From an uncultured Methanomicrobiales archaeon (GTDB taxonomy: Archaea > Halobacteriota > Methanomicrobia > Methanomicrobiales > Methanospirillaceae): a stretch of DNA of 64,000 bases. Location: contig OY969100.1 of NCBI GenBank assembly GCA_963697895.1, positions 64,001 through 128,000 on the forward strand. The letters run 5' to 3'. The notes under the pieces are model-generated. The model did not search any database. It saw only the letters and a list, made by a program, of their open reading frames with translations, and was not told the DNA's origin. Of the stretch, positions 44,859-55,014 are shown piece by piece (position 1 is the first letter of the stretch; each line of letters opens with the position of its first letter). The position numbers and the translations under genes were made by a program.

Positions 44859-45126
44859 AAAAAAACATCAGTAACCGGCGCCCGATTCGTGACCCGATCC
44901 AAGACTGCACCCCCCCTTCGCAGACATTCCTCCTTCCCGCCGTCTGGCCACCCCGCTACCCACCCCGGTCCACTGGCGGGAGAAAGGTCGCCGGTTTCTG
45001 CGGGAACCCCGGTGATGCACCTGCACGATGCGGATCCGGGTCCCGATTCACGGTGAGCCTGCCTGTTTCCTTCGGTGGATCTCTCTCATGAGAAAATAGC
45101 AGACGGACCGGGACCGGTGCCGACGT

Positions 45127-45558
45127 TCATCCCCGACCGGGATACGACTCCCCTGCCTGCTGCTCCGCATACGCCATCGAGAAATGGACCATCCCGAAGC
45201 GCCACCGGTCATCGGTCTTTTGGAGCACGGCGGTCACCCGGCCGGCAAGGGTATGCCGTTCTTCCCCGATCATTACCGCGAAGGTGGCGCCGGCCATGAT
45301 CCAGGCGACCGGCATCGCACCGTGGATCCGGATGTCCGTAAAACGAAGTGCGATCTGGTCGGCCTGGACAAAGTCCCGGGTAACCTGGGCGACGAACGCG
45401 TCGTAGCCGGTGATCACCTCGTCCGGGCCGCTCCCGAACCCGCAGATATCCGGCGAGACCAGGGAACAGATCCCCCCCAAATCTTTCTCCGCGTAAGCGC
45501 GTGCGTAGCTCTCGAGCATCTCCTGGATCTCCGCGTTCACCGGTGAACTAAGTGCCAT
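45127..45558 (-). CDS. NTF2/SnoaL-like protein
   Basis: AYAEKDL, FGSGPDE..G, GRVTAVL....WRF..VHFS. Confidence 0.8.
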   Translation of the reverse strand: MALSSPVNAEIQEMLESYARAYAEKDLGGICSLVSPDICGFGSGPDEVITGYDAFVAQVTRDFVQADQIALRFTDIRIHGAMPVAWIMAGATFAVMIGEERHTLAGRVTAVLQKTDDRWRFGMVHFSMAYAEQQAGESYPGRG

Positions 45559-45783
45559 GGAGATGAGTGGATGCGCCGGGGTATAGAGAATGTGGTCCGG
45601 TTCGTGATGGCCCGAATCGGGGTCAAACATGGATGGGATCTCCGTGGGACCCGGTGCCGGGGATCCCTTTGTTTAAGCGATCATCCCGAGTGGACGATTC
45701 CCGGTACGATAACGATAACGAAACTAATTATAAAAGAAACCCGTGAATCCGGTTGCAGGTTTTAAAAAAGAGGTTGTTATTTC

Positions 45784-46896
45784 CTAGAGATAGGGGAACG
45801 GGATATTCTTCGGGATAAGATTGTTGGGGTTCACGATCGAGGTCGGATATATGCCGCCGCCCGCGTACGGGGACAAAGGAATACTATAGGTAAGTGGTAC
45901 GTTCACCGGGAGGTTCACTGGGGCGGAGTATGCATTCGGGAACGGGATATAGGGAGACAGGGGGGTGAATACACCGGGAGTAGTCCCGGAACCGCCGGTA
46001 CCGGGCGCGGGGAAATTCGAAGGCGCGGTATAGCCGAGCGGCGCGAGGATCAGCTCGGCATAGACCGGGAAGACGAGGCCCGGGGTGGAGCCGATCGTCA
46101 GCTGCCGGGTGTACGGGTAGAACCCGGTCTTCTGGATGGTGATCACGCGGGTGCCCGTGGGGATCTTTGCGTACAGAGGCGTCTGGCCCGCGTAGACCCC
46201 GTCGACAAAGACCGATGCGCCGGCAGGAATCGACGTGGCGTGGATGTTCGCATCGGCAAATGCCGGGTTCCCGACCGTCAGGGTCTTTGCGGTAACCAGC
46301 TGGCCGTTCACAAAGACGGCGACCCGGATGACTCCGGTGTCGATGCCGGAGACGTACACGGGGATCTCGAAGTTCGGTGCGCCGACCGACTCCACCTTGA
46401 TAGTGACGGTGGCGATGACGCTCGTCGCGTCGCCGGCCGCAGTGCCGGAGAACAATGCAGCATGTTCCTGTCCCGGCTCGATATCGGTGCCCGTTTCAAG
46501 CCCGTCGATCTCCCGGGAGAAGACGCCTCCTTCGGAGATCCCTTCGACGATATAACTCAGGTCGGACTCCGTGAGGACGATCCGGTTGGTCGCCGTGTGT
46601 TCGAGCGTGACGGTGGCATTGCTCTTCGTGAACTCTATCGGCCAGGTCATGTTCGTCAGGTTGAAGGCGAACTCCCCTCCCGGCAGGACGCCGAACTCTC
46701 CCTGGACCTGGAGGGAGATCGGGGTGTTGTTCGGAAGACCGGTCACGTCGACCGTGAACATGCCGCCGGGTGCGATGGAATCCGGCTGGACGGTGACCGT
46801 GGTCGCCATGCCGATACCCACAAAGATGCTTGCAAAAAGGATCAGGACACCCCATATCCTGAGATGTACAAATGGGTTTCCCCGCTTTGATCTCAT
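45784..46896 (-). CDS. Secreted protein with beta-rich N-domain, PEGA domain and Pro/aromatic-rich tail
   Basis: Signal peptide; SIPAGASVFVDG.Y.GQTP (PEGA). Confidence 0.8.
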   Translation of the reverse strand: MRSKRGNPFVHLRIWGVLILFASIFVGIGMATTVTVQPDSIAPGGMFTVDVTGLPNNTPISLQVQGEFGVLPGGEFAFNLTNMTWPIEFTKSNATVTLEHTATNRIVLTESDLSYIVEGISEGGVFSREIDGLETGTDIEPGQEHAALFSGTAAGDATSVIATVTIKVESVGAPNFEIPVYVSGIDTGVIRVAVFVNGQLVTAKTLTVGNPAFADANIHATSIPAGASVFVDGVYAGQTPLYAKIPTGTRVITIQKTGFYPYTRQLTIGSTPGLVFPVYAELILAPLGYTAPSNFPAPGTGGSGTTPGVFTPLSPYIPFPNAYSAPVNLPVNVPLTYSIPLSPYAGGGIYPTSIVNPNNLIPKNIPFPYL

Positions 46897-47105
46897 GTGT
46901 TAAGGATGTGTGATTCTTCATATGAATCTTTGGGCAGGGAAACGGGGGATCAATCGCTCCGGATTATGCTCTTTTTGGAAAATAAAGGGAAATGGCCGGT
47001 TTTCTCCAGAAATATACAACGGGTTGGATAAAAAGGCGGAATATAATCGGGGGAATAGTGGTGCGCCGTTATCCCCTGTTCCAAAAAAAGGTTGAATGTT
47101 CCCGG

Positions 47106-47417
47106 TCAGAACAGGGACGGAATGGTCACCGGGAGAATGTCGTTCGGGTTCACGACATGCCCGGCGGACGGGGAGAGGATGGGAATCGCGTTGATGATCG
47201 GCTGGATGAAGAAGTTCCACAGGATCGCGTCGAGGATCGGGATGTTCACCTGGACGGCATTGCTGTCGCTGCCCGGGAGACCGCTCACGTCCACCGGGAG
47301 AATGTCGCCGGGAGCGACGATCTCCGCGGTACCGGCAGCCACAAATATGCTTGCAAAAAGGATCAGGACAATCCATACCCTGAGATGTGCAAATGGGTTT
47401 CCCCTGTTTGATCTCAT
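47106..47417 (-). CDS. 103-aa miniature paralog of the 45784-46896 protein
   Basis: Near-identical signal peptide, similar first strands and similar extreme C-terminus; upstream DNA also duplicated. Confidence 0.7.
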   Translation of the reverse strand: MRSNRGNPFAHLRVWIVLILFASIFVAAGTAEIVAPGDILPVDVSGLPGSDSNAVQVNIPILDAILWNFFIQPIINAIPILSPSAGHVVNPNDILPVTIPSLF

Positions 47418-47926
47418 ACGTAAGGATATCGTGATTCGTCTTATGAATCTTTGGACAGAACACCAAAGATTAATCGCTCCGGCTTCTGCTCCATCGGGTG
47501 AATGGTGGGAAATGGTTGGTTTTTGCATACCCGGTGCCCGTCTGATGACGGGATCGGGGTGAGGATCGGCGGAATTGCCGTGCGCTAGCTCTCCGGAAAT
47601 TCTCCGGGCGATTTTTGATGAAGCGGGGATGTCAGGGGTTTTCCCGGGCGGCCTTGGGGATTCCGAGAACGGGGACGCATCCCGGTTGACAACCGTTGCC
47701 GGAGTGCAGAAAATTCCGGAGAACCGGGAGAACATTGCATGCAGCGGAGAACCGGGGGATGCAGGGGAACGGAAATGCTGCAGGGGAAAGCGGGGAAATT
47801 CCGGAGCACGGGAGAACATACGCCGGATGGTCAGATCGGTGAAGAGGAGATCGGAGGAACATTCCGTCTGATCGGGTACCGGTGAATACTTCTCCCTTCA
47901 GCAAGAACGGGTACTGTACCTGAGGG

Positions 47927-48844
47927 ATGGGAATGAAGAAGGGATTGAAGAGCATCATCGGCAGCCTGATCCTCGCAGCGATCTGCTGTCTCTGTGTTGC
48001 AGGCGGAGCAGCGGTCGCGGTCACCGCACCGGACCAGATCCAGCGGGGGGACACGGTCTCGATCACCCTGCAGAGCCTTCCGGATAATGCGACTTTTGCG
48101 CTCCGGATCACCGGCACGTTCGCCGTGACACCCGGAGGGGAGTTCAATTTCGAGGCGGATGACTTCCAGATGCCGTTCTCCCTGGTGGACAGCCAGATCA
48201 GCGCGACGATCCAGAACTCGGCCACGAACGTCCTTGCCGTGAAGAAGGGGGACGTCACGGTGCAGAAGTCAGGCAGTTCGACCAACGGACAGTACTCGAC
48301 CGCGCAGTCCGTCACGATCTCGAACGGGACTTATGATTATATGCGGCTCTCCGGGACCGCGTCACCGGATGCAACCACGGTGATCACGAACCTGGAACTT
48401 ACCGGGAAGAAGTCCGGGCCGGATACCGGCGTGATATCGTTCGTCGTGCAGGGGATCGACGCGGGGACCGTGGACGTGACCGCATCCGTTGACGGGTCGA
48501 CCGTGCTGACAAAGACCGTGACCGTCGGTACCGGGGTCACCGTCGTCCCGACGACCAGCATCCCGGCAACCACGTACTCGCAGCCGTCCACGGGAGGGGG
48601 CGGCGGTGGCGGTTCATCGGCAGCGACCACGACCACGGTGCCGACCGCGACGGTAAATGAATCCGCAAACGTTACCGCGACGGGAACACCCGGGCCGGTC
48701 TTCACCACGGAGACGATCACCCCGGAGCAGACCCCGAGCCCGACGACACCGGTCTCCACCCCCACCCAGACGGCGCTCGGGGTCCTGCCCCTGCTCGGTC
48801 TCGTGATCGCGTCGCTGCTCATGTACAACCGGTCCCAGAGATAA
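47927..48844 (+). CDS. Cell-surface protein with Thr-rich linker and C-terminal membrane anchor
   Basis: Signal peptide; N-domain similar to the 45784-46896 protein; poly-Gly/Thr linker; TPTQ + hydrophobic helix + basic tail. Confidence 0.82.
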   Translation: MGMKKGLKSIIGSLILAAICCLCVAGGAAVAVTAPDQIQRGDTVSITLQSLPDNATFALRITGTFAVTPGGEFNFEADDFQMPFSLVDSQISATIQNSATNVLAVKKGDVTVQKSGSSTNGQYSTAQSVTISNGTYDYMRLSGTASPDATTVITNLELTGKKSGPDTGVISFVVQGIDAGTVDVTASVDGSTVLTKTVTVGTGVTVVPTTSIPATTYSQPSTGGGGGGGSSAATTTTVPTATVNESANVTATGTPGPVFTTETITPEQTPSPTTPVSTPTQTALGVLPLLGLVIASLLMYNRSQR

Positions 48845-49097
48845 CCGCATTTTTTTTTCGAATGAAAAATTCAGGGATAGTAGCCACGATCCGGATGAGG
48901 AATTACCCCGGAATCGGCCTTGGTCTCCTCCTGCTCTTTCATCCATATGCCCGATCGTGGCAGAATGATTCCCCCGGTTTCATCGATTCGGACGACCGGG
49001 AAACGATAGGACGAACCTGATGAACCGCTTTACCGCTCCCGGACTGCCCCCTCCCCCTCCCTTATAATCCCAGAAAATAACCTTTCTGTCAGTTGAC

Positions 49098-50090
49098 ATG
49101 AGCACCGATCCCGATACCCCGGCAGACCGTATCATCGGTGCATTTTCCGGGAAGAATTTTCCCACGGATCTGAAGATCGTCTATGTCTGGCTCTTCCTGG
49201 CGGTCGCCGGGATTTACGTGCCGGTCCTGAACGAGAGCCCGCTCCGGGTCGTTTTTGCGCTCCCCGTTGTCCTGTTCATCCCCGGGTACTGCCTGATCGC
49301 GGCGCTCTTCCCGGGGAACGGGGATATCGACGGGATCGAACGGGTCGCCCTCTCCTTCGGCCTCTCGATCGCGGTCGTTCCCCTGATCGGCCTCGCGCTG
49401 AACTATACCCCGTGGGGGATCCGGCTCGACCCGATCGTCGTCTCGCTCGTCATCTTCACCGTGGTGATGGCCCTCATCGCCCAGTACCGGCGATTCCTGC
49501 TCCCGGAGGAGGCCCGGTTCCGGGTGCCGTTCCGGTCGATGGCGGACGGGGTCAGGGAAGAGTTCTTCACAAAACAAGGGACCCGCCTGGACCGGGCACT
49601 CAGTATCATCCTCCTCGTCGCGATCGTCGCGGCGGTCGGTACCACCATCTTCGTGATCGCGGTCCCGAAGGAAGGCGAGAAGTTCACGGAGTTCTACATC
49701 CTCGGGGCGGAAGGGAAGGCGGCCGACTACCCGGAGGACCTCTTTGTCGGCCGGCCGGACCAGGTTATCATCGGCATCGGCAACCACGAGTACCGGAATG
49801 TCACCTACGTGACCGAGATCTGGCTGACGAACACGAGCTTCGATACCACGACCAATACGACCCTCGTGGACCGGATGGTGCTCCTCGACCGGTTCAACGC
49901 GACCCTGCCCCACAACGAGACCTACCAGGAGCCGCACCCGTTTACGGCACCGGCGACCGGGTACAACCAGCTCACCTTCCTCCTGTTCATGGATGCAGCC
50001 CCGCCGGATTCACTCACCGGCTACGAGCGGATCAACAGCAGCTACCGGGACCTCCACCTCTGGGTGACCGTCCGGCCGCCGAGAGCGTGA
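49098..50090 (+). CDS. DUF1616 family membrane protein
   Basis: LFIPGY..IAALFP, ER.ALSFGLSIA..PL.GL.LN, E.FTEFYILG..GKA.DYP, N.E, YRDLHLW. Confidence 0.88.
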   Translation: MSTDPDTPADRIIGAFSGKNFPTDLKIVYVWLFLAVAGIYVPVLNESPLRVVFALPVVLFIPGYCLIAALFPGNGDIDGIERVALSFGLSIAVVPLIGLALNYTPWGIRLDPIVVSLVIFTVVMALIAQYRRFLLPEEARFRVPFRSMADGVREEFFTKQGTRLDRALSIILLVAIVAAVGTTIFVIAVPKEGEKFTEFYILGAEGKAADYPEDLFVGRPDQVIIGIGNHEYRNVTYVTEIWLTNTSFDTTTNTTLVDRMVLLDRFNATLPHNETYQEPHPFTAPATGYNQLTFLLFMDAAPPDSLTGYERINSSYRDLHLWVTVRPPRA

Positions 50091-50130
50091 GGGGAGTTTT
50101 CAACGAATTCACAGGAACCCAGGATCTCTA

Positions 50131-50359
50131 TGGGAGGGGGACACCACCTCCCCGTCCCTCCCCCGAATGGGATAGGACTGGATAGGGATATGATTCAATA
50201 AAGTTTTTTTTTCAACTGGTATCCTGGCTTTACCTCTGGTACTGTATCAGAATATCGTTGGATGGATTTGGGGTTCTTTTGAAAATTGATTATATTCCGG
50301 ATCAACCTCCTATCCCATTTGGGGCGCCGCAGCGGCGGGGCGAAGCCCCGGGAGCGTCA
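50131..50359. repeat. REP-like composite: purine/pyrimidine hairpin ending ATGGGATAGG (50131-50176) and GC-rich unit starting CCTATCCCAT (50309-50359)
   Basis: 10-bp inverted ends; the right unit recurs at 57731 and 57820. Confidence 0.75.
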
Positions 50360-50406
50360 GAAATATACGAAACATTCAGCAATCGTTTCGAACCTAAAAA
50401 AAAAAT

Positions 50407-51222
50407 TTAATCCGGGAATTCCCCGCCCGCACCCGGAGGAACCGTTTCCCCTTCCTTCTTCCCCGGTATCGTCGGCTTCAGGAAGATCTTCACGTCCTTC
50501 TTCCCGACACTGACCCGTGATATCGTCACGGGTTGGTTCGTCCCCTTCGCGTACATGCACGCGATCAGGCTGCAGACCGGGCAGGGATGCATTGTGCAAC
50601 ACTTCGGGGACTCCTGCATCACCGTTTTGCAGCCGGATATGAGCCGGTATCCCTGGAGATCGACGATGACTGCATCCCCCTCGGCGGTTGTCTGCACCGT
50701 ATCGGCGATCTCGAGGACATCCGTGCAGACCTCACCGATCGCAGCGAGGAGTGCGTCGGGTTCGGAGGGGAGGCGGAGCCCATGGGTCTTTTCCAGGAAG
50801 GTGAGCAGGGGTATGCCGGCCGGGGTGACTATGACCCCGTTCCCCGTCTCCCCGGTGAGGTAGCTCCCGTTCTCCGGGAGTTCCTGCGGGATCGTGTCGG
50901 AGACCGGGATCACCTCTTTCACCGTGCCGTTGACCGGGACGAAGCAGGCATCCCCTCCGGCCCCGAGGTCCGCACACATCCGGGAGACGTTGATCGTCCC
51001 CGCGACCGGGAGAAGGCTCACCATCCGGGTATCGAGGGGCTCTCCCTTGGAGAGGGTCAGGAGGAAGATCCCGGCGATAAAACAGGACGTCCCGGCGAGG
51101 ACGATCGTCGCGGTCGTCAGGTCGCCCCGGCCGGAGAAGACCGTGATCACGAGGAGGACTGCTGCCGTGACGATGAGCACGCTCCCCCCCAGGAAGTAAT
51201 CGTTGAACGGTCTCGGTTTCAT
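50407..51222 (-). CDS. Conserved archaeal membrane-anchored protein with Cys-rich C-terminus
   Basis: Two N-terminal TM helices; C....SPKCC..PCPVCS..AC motif; co-directional with the MoxR operon. Confidence 0.7.
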   Translation of the reverse strand: MKPRPFNDYFLGGSVLIVTAAVLLVITVFSGRGDLTTATIVLAGTSCFIAGIFLLTLSKGEPLDTRMVSLLPVAGTINVSRMCADLGAGGDACFVPVNGTVKEVIPVSDTIPQELPENGSYLTGETGNGVIVTPAGIPLLTFLEKTHGLRLPSEPDALLAAIGEVCTDVLEIADTVQTTAEGDAVIVDLQGYRLISGCKTVMQESPKCCTMHPCPVCSLIACMYAKGTNQPVTISRVSVGKKDVKIFLKPTIPGKKEGETVPPGAGGEFPD

Positions 51223-51352
51223 GGATCCTCCACTCTGATGCCGGGAAGTAACCCTACATCGATATCTCCCCGGACAGGAATCGTGGTGCACTCCGTTTTC
51301 ACCGGGCGATCCCCGGTTCCGCCGAATGGGTTCACGGGGCAGGACAGGAATT

Positions 51353-51868
51353 TCATGTGACGTCCCTCCGGAAACGGGCGGTATACTGGTGCTCGGCGAG
51401 GAGACAGATCCCCACCACGGCCAGGCCTGCAATGACCAGCACGAAGAGCGGGGTGGACACATGCCGGAAAGCCAGGACAAAGCCTGTAACCGCAGCGGCG
51501 GCAAGGCAGAAGATACCGAAGACCGCCCCGTCCCGCACCGAGCGGAGGGACCCCGTTCCCTCGAGGAGAAGCGCGAGGAGGAGGAGCTGGAGCACGAGGG
51601 CCGCCCAGGGGCTGACCGCACCCGCCGCGACGACCGCCGGTTCCCCGGCGCAGAGGACGTAGAACCGGTTTATCTCCCGGATCAGCGCATAGAAGGCGAC
51701 GAGAAGGAAAATTCCGCATACGAGGGTCTGGATGTACCAGTATGGGGAGATCGGGACCAGGAGGATATTCCCGGCACCGAACAGGATGACAAGGATAACC
51801 GGCAGTGCCCGCACTCAGATCACCCCGGCACGAGGATCCGGTATAAGACACAAACTCCCGCGGATCAT
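51353..51868 (-). CDS. Hypothetical membrane protein, possible 5' frameshift
   Basis: Hydrophobic ORF 51353-51814; an ATG at ~51868 follows the corrected DUF58 stop. Confidence 0.6.
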
Positions 51869-51869
51869 T

Positions 51870-53155
51870 TCAGATCACCTCGATATCGGTCGCGCCGTAC
51901 CGGGTGACCGTACGTCGCACGTCCGGGTCGCTGAGGCGGCCGTTGTCCGTGCATGGACCAGCATCCCGCGTTTTCGTGCGGGAAGGATCAGCTTCCGGAT
52001 ATGGCTCTGGTCGCCGGAGAATCCGCTGAAGAGGTACAGATCGGTGGTCGGCAGGGCATGAAACACCCGGGCGACCTGGGCCTCGAACGTGGTCGGCTTC
52101 ATCGAGGCGGGAAAGGTCTGGTAAATACCGGTAAGTCCGGAGAGAAACTCCCGGTCCCGCGGGCCTGCCGCCGGGACCCCGTCGATCCGGCGGGCCAGGG
52201 ACCGGGCGGTGGCCGCATCCATGCTCCGGTAGAGGTGGACGAGCCGTTCGCCCGGTGTCAGGGAGGTGAGCAGGGCCCGCACCGGGGCGGTCTGCCGCCC
52301 GAAGGGAAGGTACCGGATGACATTTGCGCCCGAGATCACGAGCAGGTGCCCGGCGCCATGCCGGGCGGCGGCCTGTTCCACGAGGCCCGAGACCGCACCC
52401 TTCAGTGCATCGCCGGTCCCGTGCGGGGCGGAGGGATCCGGCATGTCGAGGACGATCAGCGGGGGGCTTCCCGCGATCCCCGTATATTCCCGCACGAAGA
52501 GGCGGTCGTGTTTTGCCGAGAGCTTCCAGTCGATATGCCGCGGGTCATCCCCGGTGATGTACGCCCGGAACGATCGGATCCCGTACCCGGGAAGCAGGTA
52601 CGGCCGCTCGTGCTCCGTCTCCCCTTCGAGGCGTGCGGACTCCGACAGCGCAAAGAGGGAGAACGGTTCGACATGCATGACCGGGCCCCGGAACCGGGCG
52701 GCCCGGCAGGGAATGGCGGTCCGGAAGAAGGCGTCCTTCAATGTGAGCGAGACACCCCCGAACCGGACTGCCCCGGTTTCCAGGAGAGTGATCTCGTAAG
52801 ACAGGGTGATCTCATCCCGGATTCGGCCCTGGGTCTCTCCGGTCGTGACACTCGCCCCCACCGGCACGAGGTCTTTTACCTGTGCAACCATCCGGACCGG
52901 GATACGCGTTCGCACGACCGTGGTAACTGCTACCGTCCTGCCCTGCCGGACGATCGTCTTGTCCGTCTCCCGGTGGACCGCGAGAGCGTCCCCGGCGATG
53001 CGGAGCCCCCGGAAGAAGAGCACGAACCGGAAGAGCAGGAAGACGAGCAGACCTGCGGCGAGCGAAAGGAGGAGGAGGTCGTCGAAGAGCCAGGATGCGA
53101 GGACCAGGGCAAGGGCGAGGACGGCAAGACCGGATGAGCATCGCGTCGTGTGCAC
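51870..53155 (-). CDS. DUF58 domain protein, probable frameshift near 51940
   Basis: RSFRAYITGDDPRHIDWKLSAK...LFVREY; the alternative frame ends RYGATDIEVI*. Confidence 0.88.
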
Positions 53156-53158
53156 GCC

Positions 53159-54133
53159 TTATGGCACCTCGGTCGCGTCCAGGATCTCGCGGACGACCTG
53201 CCCGGTCGTCACCCCGGCGATCTCCGCCTCCTTCTCGAGGATCAACCGGTGCGTGAAGGTGGCGGGGACAAGCTTCTTCACGTCGTCGGGGATGACGAAC
53301 CCCCGCTCCTGTAACGCCGCCACGACCCGGCTCCCCCGAACGAGCGCGATCGAGGCACGGGAGTTCGCGCCGACGCGCACGTCGCCGTGCTTCCGCGTCG
53401 CGATCACGAGGTCGCGGATGTACCGGAGCACCGGCTCCTCCACATGGACCTGGTCCATGAGCCGGATGAAGGACTCGATCGTCCCGCGGGTCATCGCCGG
53501 CTTCAGCGTGCATGAATATGCCTCCCAGTCGAGCCCGCCTTCGTATTCCCGCCGGATCAGGTCGAGCTCGTGGTCCGCGTCCAGGTGCCCCATCCGGATG
53601 CTGAACATGAACCGGTCCTTCTGCGCCTCGATCAGGGGAAAGACCCCCTCGAACTCGAAGGGGTTCTGGGTCGCGATCACGATGAACGGCGACTCGAGCG
53701 GCACCGTCTCCCCGTCGATCGTGACCTGGCGCTCGCTCATCGACTCGATGAATGCGCTCTGGGTCTTCGGGGAGAGCCGGTTGATCTCGTCGATCAGCAT
53801 GAAGTTCGCAAAGATCGGTCCCTTCCGGAGCGCAAACTCGCGCCGCTCGGGATCGAAGATCCGGACCCCGATGATATCGGCCGGCTGGCTGTCCACCGCA
53901 CACTGGAACCGGGAGAAGCGGCTCCCGGTGATCTGGGCGAGCGCCTTGACCATGGAGGTCTTCGCCGTCCCGGGGTACCCTTCTATGAGGAGATGTCCCC
54001 GGGAGAGGAGCCCGATCATCGCGAGCTCCTTCAATTCCCCGTACCCGACGATAAATTCCCCGATACGGTCCTGTATGGTCTGGTATATCGACGAAAGGTT
54101 TGAGAAATCAATGTCGGGATGCTCGCCGGTCAT
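53159..54133 (-). CDS. MoxR-family AAA+ ATPase
   Basis: GHLLIEGYPGTAKT, GPIFAN..LIDEINR, TQSA, ATQNP.E.EG.FPL.EAQ.DRF. Confidence 0.95.
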   Translation of the reverse strand: MTGEHPDIDFSNLSSIYQTIQDRIGEFIVGYGELKELAMIGLLSRGHLLIEGYPGTAKTSMVKALAQITGSRFSRFQCAVDSQPADIIGVRIFDPERREFALRKGPIFANFMLIDEINRLSPKTQSAFIESMSERQVTIDGETVPLESPFIVIATQNPFEFEGVFPLIEAQKDRFMFSIRMGHLDADHELDLIRREYEGGLDWEAYSCTLKPAMTRGTIESFIRLMDQVHVEEPVLRYIRDLVIATRKHGDVRVGANSRASIALVRGSRVVAALQERGFVIPDDVKKLVPATFTHRLILEKEAEIAGVTTGQVVREILDATEVP

Positions 54134-55014
54134 GCACGGTCTCCGCTGGTCTTTCCTCTCCTGAACAGGTATGCGACGATGACGATGAGAATACTTACGA
54201 TAAGAATCCGGGCCGGGAGCGACTCCGCAATCGCCCGGGAGATCCGGATGGAGAAGTCATCCGTGCTCGTCCGCCCGTGTGTCTGGTCGATCGCGATCCC
54301 TCCCGGACCGGGGACGAGTCGGTCCAGGAACACCCGGTTGTCCCCGCTCTCCTCCGCCATCGCATTGATGAAGATGCTCGGGTCGGAGAGGACGTACAGC
54401 GTCCCCCTTCCGATCTGCTCCCGGGACAGCACGGCATAACGGCCGAGTTCCTCATCGGGACCCGCCCGGCCGTCCCCGTCGGTATCCAGCCAGGAGAGGA
54501 GGGAGGTGGTGACGAGCTCCTCTCCTCCCTCCACCGCGGCCGGGTGGTTCAGGACCAGGGTGGAGACGTTCTCAATAAGGGTATCATTTACGACCGGATA
54601 CGTGATGACCGAAGAGGAGTCGGCATACTCGCGGTTGATGCTCGTAAGGTTTCCCGGCAGGATCCGGATACTGCTGCCGAGGCCGGAGAGGAGCTGGTTC
54701 CCGGTGCCGTAATCGTCGGCGAGGACCAGGGTATGCCCCTGTTCTAAAAATGCCCGGTACCGGGCGATATCTTCCCCAGTAAAATTACGGTACGGGGCGA
54801 TCACGAGCAGGCGCGATGCATGTGTCGTATCGAGAGCGGGAAGCTCCGTGATCTCGGTCCCCCCGGCCGCCTCGAAGCCGTCGAAGAATGCCGACGTCCC
54901 GTTCCACTGGATATTGTACCGGCTGAACTCCTCGTCCGTCGTCGAGAAGTGGACAGAGACGAGGACGACGACGAGCACGAGCAGGGCGCCGGTGAGCCAG
55001 AGTATCCGTCTCAT
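54130..55014 (-). CDS. DUF4350 domain protein
   Basis: FSRYN..WNGTS, LVLADDYG.GN.LL, G.G....SDPSIFINAM, N..FL. Confidence 0.8.
   Translation of the reverse strand: MRRILWLTGALLVLVVVLVSVHFSTTDEEFSRYNIQWNGTSAFFDGFEAAGGTEITELPALDTTHASRLLVIAPYRNFTGEDIARYRAFLEQGHTLVLADDYGTGNQLLSGLGSSIRILPGNLTSINREYADSSSVITYPVVNDTLIENVSTLVLNHPAAVEGGEELVTTSLLSWLDTDGDGRAGPDEELGRYAVLSREQIGRGTLYVLSDPSIFINAMAEESGDNRVFLDRLVPGPGGIAIDQTHGRTSTDDFSIRISRAIAESLPARILIVSILIVIVAYLFRRGKTSGDRA

Noticed and set aside
51219-51356. 45-aa ORF (MKFLSCPVNP...) coupled between two operon genes
   Set aside because: No recognisable features; could be spacer or a frameshifted N-terminus of the next gene.
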